A stretch of DNA of 64,000 bases from Clostridia bacterium (GTDB lineage: Bacteria > Bacillota > Clostridia > Oscillospirales > CAG-272): NCBI GenBank assembly GCA_017545225.1, contig JAFWPR010000004.1, forward strand, positions 6,115 through 70,114, written 5' to 3'. How positions within the stretch are numbered: the stretch's first letter is position 1; the number at the start of each line of letters is the position of its first letter. Below are positions 7,540 to 15,699 of this stretch, in pieces. The notes below the pieces were generated by a model. It made no database searches. It saw only the letters and a list, made by a program, of their open reading frames with translations, and was not told where the DNA came from. The position numbers and the translations under genes are program-made.

Positions 7540-8841
7540 TTATTGCGGTATTTTTTTCGGTTCCGCTTCGACCTGCGCCGCGTCCTCCGTCCCGTCCGCT
7601 TCTCTTTTTGCGGCGGCGAGCATCAGCTTGATGCGGTTCTGCTGGTTTACGACGGACGCCCCGGTATCGTAGTCGATCGCGATTATGTTGATCGACCCGT
7701 TTTTCTTTTTGATCGGTTTCATCATTCCCTTGCCGCAGATGTGGTTCGGCAGACATCCGAACGGCTGAGTGCAGACGACGTTCGTGGCGCCCGACTCGTA
7801 AAGCTCGATCATCTCCGCGGTCAAGAGCCACCCCTCGCCCATCTTGACGCCGTGGCTTATGTATCCCTCGGAGAGGGAGACGGTGCGGTCGAACGGAGTG
7901 TACGGACGGAACGCGCCGTTCTCTTTTATTATCTCAATGACGTCGCGCTGCTTTTTCAAAAGGAATTTGTATGCCAAGCGGTTAAGCCGCCAGCGGAAGG
8001 GACCTCGCCCGTAGAACTCGTGGTCGACGATCCCGTTGTAAACGCAGTACATACAGAAATCGAGCAGTCCCGGAACGACGACCTCCGCCCCCTCGGATAC
8101 GAGGAACGCCTCGAGGTCGTTGTTGCCGAGAGGCGAATACTTTACGAAGATCTCTCCGACGACGCCGACCTTGACCTTCTCGGCCTTCGTCTTCGGGATC
8201 GTGGCGAAATCGCGGACGATCTCGCGGTAGTTCTCCTTGACTTTGCGGTACTTGATCCTGTTGTTCGCCATCTCGTCGGTCAGGCGGAGAGTCCACTCCT
8301 CGGCCTTGCGCTCCGCCGTGCCTTTTTCGTTCTCGTACGGCTTCGTCTGGTTGACGAGCGACATGAGAAGATCGCCGTACGTGACCGCGTAGAGCATCCT
8401 GTGGAGCATCGCGAGCGAGAGCTTGAAGCCGGGGTGACGCTCGATCCCCGCGAGGGAGAACGAGATCACGGGAACGTAACCGTACCCCGCGCGCTCGAGC
8501 GCCTTGCGGAGCAGGGAGATATAGTTCGACGCGCGGCATCCTCCGCCCGTCTGGAAGAGCATCAGGGCGACCTTGTGCGGGTCGTATTTCCCGCTTTCGA
8601 GCGCGTCGATGAACTGCCCGATGACGAGAATCGCCGGGTAGCACGTGTCGTTGTGGACGTATTTCAGCCCCGTTTCGCCGATCTTCGGTCCGGACGTCGT
8701 GAGCACCTGCGCCCTTACCCCGTAGTTGTTCATGACCCGCGCGATGAGCTTGAAATGGATGGGAAGCATGTTCGGAATGAAGACGGTGTAGTCTTTTTTC
8801 ATGTCTTCCGTATATCTGATATATTCTTTTTTCGCCTTCAC
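7540..8841 (-). CDS. acyl-CoA dehydratase activase-related protein (2-hydroxyacyl-CoA dehydratase-like fold)
   Basis: 433 aa with motifs NDTCYPA, QTGGGCRASNY and TQPFGCLPNH, typical of the partner proteins encoded next to BcrAD/BadFG-type activases. Confidence 0.6.
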   Translation of the reverse strand: MKAKKEYIRYTEDMKKDYTVFIPNMLPIHFKLIARVMNNYGVRAQVLTTSGPKIGETGLKYVHNDTCYPAILVIGQFIDALESGKYDPHKVALMLFQTGGGCRASNYISLLRKALERAGYGYVPVISFSLAGIERHPGFKLSLAMLHRMLYAVTYGDLLMSLVNQTKPYENEKGTAERKAEEWTLRLTDEMANNRIKYRKVKENYREIVRDFATIPKTKAEKVKVGVVGEIFVKYSPLGNNDLEAFLVSEGAEVVVPGLLDFCMYCVYNGIVDHEFYGRGPFRWRLNRLAYKFLLKKQRDVIEIIKENGAFRPYTPFDRTVSLSEGYISHGVKMGEGWLLTAEMIELYESGATNVVCTQPFGCLPNHICGKGMMKPIKKKNGSINIIAIDYDTGASVVNQQNRIKLMLAAAKREADGTEDAAQVEAEPKKIPQ

Positions 8842-8874
8842 GGCTTCCCCTCCTTTCGTATCGGCTGCTTAATA

Positions 8875-11800
8875 TTAACCTCGCGCGGCTTCTTTTTCCT
8901 CGATCGCGGCGAGGAGCGAGCGCAGTCTGATCTTTACTGCGCCGAGATTCGTTATCTCGTCGATCTTTATCTGCGTGCAGTATTTGCCGCCGTCCTCGAG
9001 TATCCGTCTGACCTCGTCCGTCGTGATCGCGTCGACTCCGCATCCGAACGAGACGAGCTGAACGAGCTCCGTATCGCCGTGTTCCGCGGCGTACCGCGCG
9101 GCGCGGTACAGTCTTCCGTGGTACGTCCACTGGTTGAGGACTCTTACCGACGGCTGTTCGGCGAGATGCGCGACGCTGTCCTCGCTTACGACGACGAAGC
9201 CGAGCGAGAGCGCGAGGCGGTCGATGCCGTGGCAGATCTCCTCGTCGACGTGGTACGGGCGTCCCGCAAGGATCATGATCCGCGTGTTGTTTTCTCTGGC
9301 GTACGCCAGCGCGGCTTCGCCCTCGCGGCGCACCGCCGCGTAGTATTTTTCCTGCGCGGAGAACCCCGCTCTGACGGCGCGGCGCACCGCCGATCTCGTA
9401 AACCCGGCGTCCTTGCCGCCGAGGCACGCGAAGAGTTCTTTTTCGAGCTGGGCTTTTTTGTTGATGTTAAGATACGGGAAGAAGAATCTGCTCTTTCCCG
9501 TGTCCTCGAGATTGCCCGCGAGCAGTTCGGAATAGTACGCCACGACGGGGCAGTTGAAGTGGTTTTCGGTCACTTTTTCGTCCACGTTGTAGGTGATGCA
9601 CGGATAGAAGATCAGATCGACGCCCCGCTCGACGAGTTCCTCAACGTGACCGTGCATGATCTTCGCGGGATAGCACGCGGTGTCGGACGGGATCGTGAAC
9701 TGCCCTTTTTCGTACGTCGCCCTCGTCGACATCCCGGAGACGGAAACCTCGTACCCGAGCGACGAGAAGATCCCGTGCCAGAGCGGGAGAAGCTCGTACA
9801 TTCCGAGCGAAAGCGGGATGCCGACCGTTCCCCTTGTCCCGGGTTTTGAGGGAAGCGAGGTCAGGTATTTTCTCTTGAAATTGTAGAGATTGTGAAGACC
9901 CGCGTCGCCGGGGTCTCGCCCGAGACCGCGCTCGCAGCGGTTGCCCGAGATGAACCTTCCGCCTCCGGAGAACGTGTTGACGGTGAGATGGCAGTTGTTC
10001 GTACAGCCCCGGCAGATCGTGCTCGTCGATTTGTGGGTGAAGTTTTCGAGCGCCTCCCACGGGATCAGACCCGACGGGCCTTTGTGGTTCATCGCTTTGA
10101 GCGCCGCGCCGTACGCGCCCATGAGGCCCGCGACGGCGGGACGGACGACGTGCCGTCCGAGTTCGCGCTCGAGAGCGCGCAGGACCGCGTCGTTGAGCAG
10201 CGTTCCGCCCTGAACGACGACGTGCTCACCGAGATCGTCGGGGCCGGTCGCCCTTATTACTTTATAAAGCGCGTTCTTGACTACGCTGATCGAGAGACCC
10301 GCCGAGATGTCGTCGGCTCCCGCGCCGTCCTTCTGCGCCTGCTTGACCGAAGAGTTCATGAAGACGGTGCATCTGCTCCCGAGGTTGACCGGGGCGCGGG
10401 CGAAAAGTCCCGCTTTCGCGAACTCCTCCGCCGTGTATCCCATCGAACGGGCGAACGTCTCGATGAACGAGCCGCACCCGGAGGAGCACGCCTCGTTGAG
10501 CATGATGCTGTCGATTGCGCCGTTTCTGATGCGGAAGCACTTTATATCCTGTCCCCCGATATCGAGAATGAAGTCGACGTCGGGCATGAATCTTTTGGCC
10601 GCCGTGTAGTGGGCAGCAGTTTCGACGACGCCGATGTCGACGCCGAACGCGTTTTTGATAAGGTCCTCGCCGTATCCCGTGACGGCGCTCCCAGCGATCT
10701 CGATCGAGTCTCCGGCGAGAGAATAGATACGTCCGAGCTGGTCTTTGATCACCTCGACGGGATTCCCTCTGTTGGAGGAATAGTACGAATACAGGATCTT
10801 TCCGCTCTCGGTGAGCAGAACGAGTTTCGTCGTGGTAGAGCCGCAGTCGATACCGAGATACGCGCGGCCCGAGTATGAGTCGGGATCCTCCGTCTCGACG
10901 GTCGCGCGGGCATGGCGCTCCGCGAATTCTTTATAATCTTCCTCCGACTCGAAAAGCGGGGGCAGAGTCGCCTCGCCGGACGACTTCACGATGCAGTTTT
11001 CGATCCTCTCGCAAAGATCCGATAGCGTAGTTTCGAGTCCGTTGTCCCGCGCGAAAAGAGACGCGCCGAGGGAGACGGAATGGCGGGCGTACGGCGGACA
11101 GACCGCGTCGTCTTCCGACAGACCGAGCGTCTCTCTGAAACGCTTGCGGAGTCCCTCGCAGAAAAAGAGCGGGCCGCCGAAGAAAAGGACTTTTCCGCGT
11201 ATTCTGCGCCCCTGCGCGAGGCCCGCGATCGTCTGGTTGACGACCGCCTGATAGATGCTCGCCGCGACGTCCTCTTTTCTTGCCCCCTGGTTGAGGAGCG
11301 GCTGAATATCGGTCTTGGCGAAAACGCCGCACCGCGACGCTATCGGATATATCTTCCCGCTGTCGAGCGAGAGGGCGTCGAGTTCTCCGACGGTCACGTC
11401 GAGGAGCGTCGCCATCTGGTCGATGAACGCGCCGGTCCCTCCGGCGCAGGTGCCGTTCATTCTCTCGTCGACGCTTCCTCCGAAGAATACGATCTTCGCG
11501 TCTTCGCCGCCGAGTTCGATGACCGCCTCGGTGTCTGGGTGATACGCTCTCACGAGTTCGGTCGTCGCGGCGACCTCCTGAATGAAGGGAATACCGGCGG
11601 CATCGGCGACGCCGAGACCGGCGGAGCCCGAGACCGCCGCACGGACGGTCACGTCGCCGAGTTCCGAGAGCGCCTCGCGAAGCAGTTCCGCCGTCTTCTG
11701 TCTCACGGCGGAGAGGTGGCGTTCGTACCGCTCGAATACTATCTTCCCGTCCCTGACTGCGACGATCTTCGCCGTCGTCGAGCCGACGTCGACGCCGACC

Positions 11801-11898
11801 GTCACGTGTGCGCAGGAAAAAGACCCCGTCCCGCCGTTTCCGGCGGAGCGGAGCGCACCGTCATTCGGTTCGTAGGATATCTTTTTCTTTTCTTCCAT
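8875..11898 (-). CDS. CoA-substrate-specific enzyme activase-like protein (two BadF/BadG/BcrA/BcrD ATPase domains plus a C-terminal dehydratase-like domain)
   Basis: 1007 aa with two actin-fold ATPase repeats (VGVDVGSTTAKIV near the N-terminus, LGIDCGSTTTKLV mid-protein) and a C-terminal region containing SDTACYPAKIMHGHV. Confidence 0.7.
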   Translation of the reverse strand: MEEKKKISYEPNDGALRSAGNGGTGSFSCAHVTVGVDVGSTTAKIVAVRDGKIVFERYERHLSAVRQKTAELLREALSELGDVTVRAAVSGSAGLGVADAAGIPFIQEVAATTELVRAYHPDTEAVIELGGEDAKIVFFGGSVDERMNGTCAGGTGAFIDQMATLLDVTVGELDALSLDSGKIYPIASRCGVFAKTDIQPLLNQGARKEDVAASIYQAVVNQTIAGLAQGRRIRGKVLFFGGPLFFCEGLRKRFRETLGLSEDDAVCPPYARHSVSLGASLFARDNGLETTLSDLCERIENCIVKSSGEATLPPLFESEEDYKEFAERHARATVETEDPDSYSGRAYLGIDCGSTTTKLVLLTESGKILYSYYSSNRGNPVEVIKDQLGRIYSLAGDSIEIAGSAVTGYGEDLIKNAFGVDIGVVETAAHYTAAKRFMPDVDFILDIGGQDIKCFRIRNGAIDSIMLNEACSSGCGSFIETFARSMGYTAEEFAKAGLFARAPVNLGSRCTVFMNSSVKQAQKDGAGADDISAGLSISVVKNALYKVIRATGPDDLGEHVVVQGGTLLNDAVLRALERELGRHVVRPAVAGLMGAYGAALKAMNHKGPSGLIPWEALENFTHKSTSTICRGCTNNCHLTVNTFSGGGRFISGNRCERGLGRDPGDAGLHNLYNFKRKYLTSLPSKPGTRGTVGIPLSLGMYELLPLWHGIFSSLGYEVSVSGMSTRATYEKGQFTIPSDTACYPAKIMHGHVEELVERGVDLIFYPCITYNVDEKVTENHFNCPVVAYYSELLAGNLEDTGKSRFFFPYLNINKKAQLEKELFACLGGKDAGFTRSAVRRAVRAGFSAQEKYYAAVRREGEAALAYARENNTRIMILAGRPYHVDEEICHGIDRLALSLGFVVVSEDSVAHLAEQPSVRVLNQWTYHGRLYRAARYAAEHGDTELVQLVSFGCGVDAITTDEVRRILEDGGKYCTQIKIDEITNLGAVKIRLRSLLAAIEEKEAARG

Positions 11899-11928
11899 AA
11901 CGGGGTCTCCGGGTCAGAAATTAAACGG

Positions 11929-12258
11929 TCAGATCTCTCCCGCCGTGAGGGCGATGAGAAGGTCGACGTCGTCCGGCTGGTCGCAGCCGCCGACCGCGGC
12001 GCGGTTTTTTCTCACCGCGCCGCATTTTCTGCATTTATGATAGATCACGAATCCTTTTTTCGGATCGGGTTCCGTCTTCACGGCGTCCATTATCCCGCCG
12101 CACTCCGCGGCGCGGTCGCCGGGATTGACGTCGAGGTGAACGGAGCTGAGGCAGAACGGACAGTGGTTGCGCGACGTGAACCGCAGGGGCTTCACGTCCC
12201 TGCCGCAGACGGCGCATACGAATCCGTCGTCGTTTTTGCGAAAGCGTTTTTCTTCCAC
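11929..12258 (-). CDS. RNHCP domain protein (zinc-ribbon)
   Basis: Contains the SRNHCPFC signature plus CAVCG and CRKCG cysteine pairs. A GTG at 12258 sits 7 nt after AAGGAGGT, so the track ATG at 12321 is probably upstream of the real start. Confidence 0.65.
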   Translation of the reverse strand: MEEKRFRKNDDGFVCAVCGRDVKPLRFTSRNHCPFCLSSVHLDVNPGDRAAECGGIMDAVKTEPDPKKGFVIYHKCRKCGAVRKNRAAVGGCDQPDDVDLLIALTAGEI

Positions 12259-12306
12259 GCGCGCACCTCCTTTTTTCGGTTCATAAAAAAATTTCACCGC
12301 GAATTG

Positions 12307-12334
12307 TTGCAAAACGTACATTTTATGGTATACT
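12307..12334 (+). promoter_or_regulatory. promoter (TTGCAA-16-TGgTATACT, extended -10)
   Basis: Plus strand reads TTGCAAaacgtacattttatggTATACT, upstream of the 12381 gene. Confidence 0.5.
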
Positions 12335-12380
12335 TATTATGTGGAATGAGAACGATATCTCTGAAAGGCGGTTAATATTG

Positions 12381-12665
12381 ATGAAGATCAAAAACGGTGA
12401 AAAGAAAACATCCGACGGTCTGAAGGCGTTATTCGTGGTCGTCGGAGCCATAGTCACGGTCGGAACGATCGCGGTCGTGCTTTACAACGTTTTCAAAAAG
12501 TTTTTCAAGATTACCGTTGAGTGCGAAGACGACGGCGAGGATTACTTCGACGACTTCGACGAATACGATCCCGTCTCTGCTCCCGAGGCTTGCGCTTCCT
12601 GCGACAATGCCGAGGAAGAAGACGATGAGGATGAAGAAGACGAGGACGAGGAAGACGACGAATAA
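12381..12665 (+). CDS. small single-pass membrane protein with a poly-acidic C-terminal tail
   Basis: MKIKNGEKKTSDGLKALFVVVGAIVTVGTIAVVLYNVF... followed by a tail ending AEEEDDEDEEDEDEEDDE. No family recognised. Confidence 0.5.
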   Translation: MKIKNGEKKTSDGLKALFVVVGAIVTVGTIAVVLYNVFKKFFKITVECEDDGEDYFDDFDEYDPVSAPEACASCDNAEEEDDEDEEDEDEEDDE

Positions 12666-12710
12666 GATATACTGATCGATACCACGGCGGAAATCCGCCG
12701 TGGTATTTTT

Positions 12711-13367
12711 TTATTTCGACTTCACGGACGCGAAGTAGATCGTTCCGTCTTCGCGCTTGACGAGCGTGGACGAATATCTCATCGTCCGCTTGCCGTTGGA
12801 GCACTCGAACGACACGCGGTATGTGTTGCGCGTTTCCTCGATCTCCGTCAGCGTGACGTCGTACGCGTCGCTGATCGGATGGCCGATCGGGATATACGCC
12901 TCGACTCGGGGAAGATACTTGAAAGCGCGGGTGTCTCCGTGGGAGATCTTGACCGTTCCGCCGAAACAGCGGTACATCATCGACTCGAACTCCGACGCGG
13001 GGATTATCTGCGACACGGCGAGATCGGGGTATTCCTCATCCACGTCCGCGAGCAGATCGGGGTTTCCGGCGTACTTCGCGTAATCGGTGTAGAGCATATA
13101 GTTCAGAAGACTGTCGTGACAAAGCGTGATCGCGTCCTTCGTGCTCGAGAACTCGGGCAGTTTGACCGAGTCGATCGAGAGCATCTTGATCATCGAGACG
13201 ATCTCCGCGGCGATATCTCCGTCAAGCGGGACTTTTCTGATCACCGTTTCGTCCGAATAGTCGGGATCGCCGAATCCGATCGCGCGCGACACTTCGCCGA
13301 GCACGCGGCAGGACGAGAGGGAGAAGAGCAGAGCGATGAGCAAAAGCGCGCATGCGATCCTTTTCAT
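12711..13367 (-). CDS. lipoprotein of unknown function
   Basis: Internal ATG at 13367 gives MKRIACALLLIALLFSLSSCRVL (signal peptide plus lipobox). The start overlaps the folC stop in an ATGA junction. Confidence 0.6.
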   Translation of the reverse strand: MKRIACALLLIALLFSLSSCRVLGEVSRAIGFGDPDYSDETVIRKVPLDGDIAAEIVSMIKMLSIDSVKLPEFSSTKDAITLCHDSLLNYMLYTDYAKYAGNPDLLADVDEEYPDLAVSQIIPASEFESMMYRCFGGTVKISHGDTRAFKYLPRVEAYIPIGHPISDAYDVTLTEIEETRNTYRVSFECSNGKRTMRYSSTLVKREDGTIYFASVKSK

Positions 13368-14644
13368 AGAGTTTCCCTTTCCCGGAGAACGGCTGACGCC
13401 GCTTCCGCGTACATATAGAGCGTTCCCATGATAAGAACGGGAAGACCCTTTTCCCTCGCAGCGTCGAATGCTTTGCGGACGCCCTCCGCGACCGCGCCGC
13501 ATTCTTCGGCGGGCACTCCGTTCTCGCGGAACAGAGCGGCGGCCTTTTCGGGATCGAGCGACCTCGGATTGTCCGGCTTTACGGTGAAGACGCGCTCCGC
13601 GACGGGCGCGACCGTGCCGATCATCTCACGGTAATCCTTGTCCGCCATAACGCCGAAAACGAGGATCGCGCGCCCCCCGAGGAGAACTTTCACGTTCTCC
13701 GTCAGAGCGCGGATGCCGTCCGGGTTGTGCGCGCCGTCGTAGACGGTGAGCGGATCGCTCAGGAGCGGCTCGAACCGCGCGCTCCATCGCGCGGCGGCGA
13801 GTCCTTTTTCAATATCTTCGTTCTTTATCCTGAACCCGCGTCCGTTCAGGACTTCCGCGGCGGTCAGGACGACCGATACGTTGTCGAGCTGATGGACGCC
13901 GGCGAGGTTCACCGACAGTTCTCCGTACGGCTCCGCGTAAAACGACGATCCGAACGGTGAAAGACGCGGCGAGCAGATCCTACCTCCGTCCGCTCTGACG
14001 AGCGGGCATCCGGTTTCCCTTGCGCGGGATAATATCGGGGCGAACGCTTCGTCCGACAAGGGTCCGACGACGACTGCCGATCCCGCCTTTATGATCCCCG
14101 CTTTTTCCGCGGCGATCTTCTCCTCGGTGTCGCCGAGCAGCGCCGTGTGGTCGAGACCGATCCCCGTGATGACCGCGAGGATCGGCGGGTCGATCACGTT
14201 CGTTGAATCGAGCCGTCCGCCGAGTCCCGTCTCCAGAACGACGGCGTCGCAGCCCGCTTCTTTGAAATATTCGAATCCGACGGCGGTGAGGAGTTCAAAT
14301 TCCGTCGGCGGGTCGCTCATCTTTTCGGCTGCCGACTTCACGCGCTCCGTCACGCGCCCGAGCGCGTCGCCCGGTATCGGCTCGCCGTCGATCTTTATAC
14401 GCTCCTCAAAGAAACTGACGAAGGGAGACGTGAAGAGACCTGTCCTGTATCCCGCCGACGCCAGAACGGAGGAAAGCATCGAGCAGACGGAGCCCTTGCC
14501 GTTCGTTCCCGCCACGTGGATGAAGCGGAGTTTTTTCTGCGGGTCGCCGAGCGCGCGGGACAGCTCGCGGATCCGCTCCAGACCCGGGCGGCTCCCGCGC
14601 CAGCTGACTGAATGGATATACTTTATCGCCTCGTCACGCGTCAT
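13364..14644 (-). CDS. folC: bifunctional folylpolyglutamate synthase / dihydrofolate synthase
   Basis: 426 aa with the Mur-ligase P-loop HVAGTNGKGS and conserved FTSPFV and LETGLGGRLD motifs. Confidence 0.9.
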   Translation of the reverse strand: MTRDEAIKYIHSVSWRGSRPGLERIRELSRALGDPQKKLRFIHVAGTNGKGSVCSMLSSVLASAGYRTGLFTSPFVSFFEERIKIDGEPIPGDALGRVTERVKSAAEKMSDPPTEFELLTAVGFEYFKEAGCDAVVLETGLGGRLDSTNVIDPPILAVITGIGLDHTALLGDTEEKIAAEKAGIIKAGSAVVVGPLSDEAFAPILSRARETGCPLVRADGGRICSPRLSPFGSSFYAEPYGELSVNLAGVHQLDNVSVVLTAAEVLNGRGFRIKNEDIEKGLAAARWSARFEPLLSDPLTVYDGAHNPDGIRALTENVKVLLGGRAILVFGVMADKDYREMIGTVAPVAERVFTVKPDNPRSLDPEKAAALFRENGVPAEECGAVAEGVRKAFDAAREKGLPVLIMGTLYMYAEAASAVLRERETL

Positions 14645-15239
14645 TCTGCTTTTTCACCTCCGCGATGCGAAGCCTCTTTTTGAGAGTGCCGGCGAGCTTC
14701 AGAAGGACCGGTATCAGGATCATCTCGACAGGAACGAGGATCGCGTACTCGCCGAGCCGATAGACGAACCAGCCCCACCAGGTACGGCTCCCGTAGAGTT
14801 GACTTATCCAGACGGTATTGACCGTCAGCCCGAGGACAAGACAGTTGAAAAGAACGGCGACTACAACGTTCGGGAATATCCGCACGCGGTTCCTGATCGG
14901 AGGGACGGGACCGCCTTTCTTCTTTTTCAGCAGTTTGGCTGCGAAGTCGGGGTTGAGCAGAAATCCCGAGATCACGCCCATCAGCGCCGCGCAGACGGTG
15001 AATCCGGGGTGGTACGGTCCCATCGGGAACAGGATCGCCCCGAGCAGGTCGGAGAGCCCCCATACGGCGGCGCTCATCCCCGGGCCGAACATTATCGCCG
15101 CGAGCGTCGGCGGGATAAACGCGAAGCCTATCTTGAGCCCCATCGTGTTGATCGACGCGAAGCGGTTGAGCACCACTTCCGCCGCTATAAGAAGCGCGGC
15201 GGTCGTGACGTATATCAAAGGCTTACGTTTGCTTTTCAA
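14634..15239 (-). CDS. folT: folate-family ECF transporter S component
   Basis: Multi-TM protein (LNRFASINTMGLKIGFAFIPPTLAAIMFGP...) preceded by a THF riboswitch. The start is uncertain: a TTG at 15239 follows GGGAGGTG, while the track ORF extends to ATG 15287. Confidence 0.75.
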   Translation of the reverse strand: MKSKRKPLIYVTTAALLIAAEVVLNRFASINTMGLKIGFAFIPPTLAAIMFGPGMSAAVWGLSDLLGAILFPMGPYHPGFTVCAALMGVISGFLLNPDFAAKLLKKKKGGPVPPIRNRVRIFPNVVVAVLFNCLVLGLTVNTVWISQLYGSRTWWGWFVYRLGEYAILVPVEMILIPVLLKLAGTLKKRLRIAEVKKQNDA

Positions 15240-15307
15240 AAAAACACCTCCCATGGAAACAGAATGATATTCCGCCTGAACATCCATGAGAGCGTCTCAG
15301 ATGTATG

Positions 15308-15412
15308 TTACAGCGGGATGCGGCAGATGCACCGCAACGGTCGGCCGACCGTTTTCGTCTCCCGGACAACTCCCCGTCCCGGGAGCACTTGACGCGCAAA
15401 TGCCTACTCTGT
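15308..15412 (-). ncRNA. THF (tetrahydrofolate) riboswitch
   Basis: Minus strand reads AGAGTAGGCATTTGCGCGTCAAGTGCTCCCGGGACGGGGAGTTGTCCGGGAGACGAAAACGG...GCGGTGCATCTGCCGCATCCCGCTGT. This matches the conserved THF-I blocks I recall from the Eubacterium siraeum folT riboswitch (AGAGUAG, GCGUUAAGUG, GGGAUG, ACGAA, GCGGUG, GCAUCCGCU). Confidence 0.8.
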
Positions 15413-15438
15413 CATCGCCGTCTTCCGACGGCGTATAT

Positions 15439-15467
15439 ATAATAGCACAAATCGGGGGACGTTTCAA
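15439..15467 (-). promoter_or_regulatory. promoter of the riboswitch-folT-folC operon (TTGAAA-17-TATTAT)
   Basis: Minus strand reads TTGAAAcgtcccccgatttgtgcTATTAT. Confidence 0.6.
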
Positions 15468-15485
15468 TATTTTTTGATTCTTCTT

Positions 15486-15535
15486 TTCTTTAATTCTTTA
15501 ATTCTTTATTTCTTTATTCTTTATTTCTTGTTGAT
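15486..15535. repeat. short tandem repeat, about six copies of TCTTTAWT
   Basis: Plus strand reads ttctttaattctttaattctttatttctttattctttatttctt, in the divergent folT/hprK intergenic region just upstream of the folT -35. Confidence 0.7.
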
Positions 15536-15631
15536 GATTTCACGCCGGCGGAAAAACCGCCGGCGTAATTACCGCCGGCGTAAAAACATCCGACGGTGGG
15601 ACCGCGATCGGGTCTGCTCCGAACCGCGCAC

Positions 15632-15661
15632 TTGAATTCGGGCAGTCCTTTATGGTACAAT
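15632..15661 (+). promoter_or_regulatory. promoter for hprK (TTGAAT-18-TGgTACAAT)
   Basis: Plus strand reads TTGAATtcgggcagtcctttatggTACAAT. Confidence 0.5.
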
Positions 15662-15699
15662 ATAGAAAACAGATATCTTTTGCGAAAGGAACCCGAAAA

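Noticed and set aside
7031-9849. Long ORFs 7031..7831(-), 7038..7631(+), 7543..9849(+, 768 aa) and 7982..9427(-, 481 aa)
   Set aside because: All overlap the pncC, dehydratase-like or activase genes in other frames or on the other strand. Their products are extreme Arg/Gly/Pro/Ala strings, i.e. GC-driven open frames and not genes.
12579-12665. GAA/GAC/GAT-rich stretch as a DNA microsatellite
   Set aside because: The codons are mixed (no perfect trinucleotide periodic unit) and lie in frame within an ORF that has its own promoter. I interpreted this as a poly-acidic protein tail.
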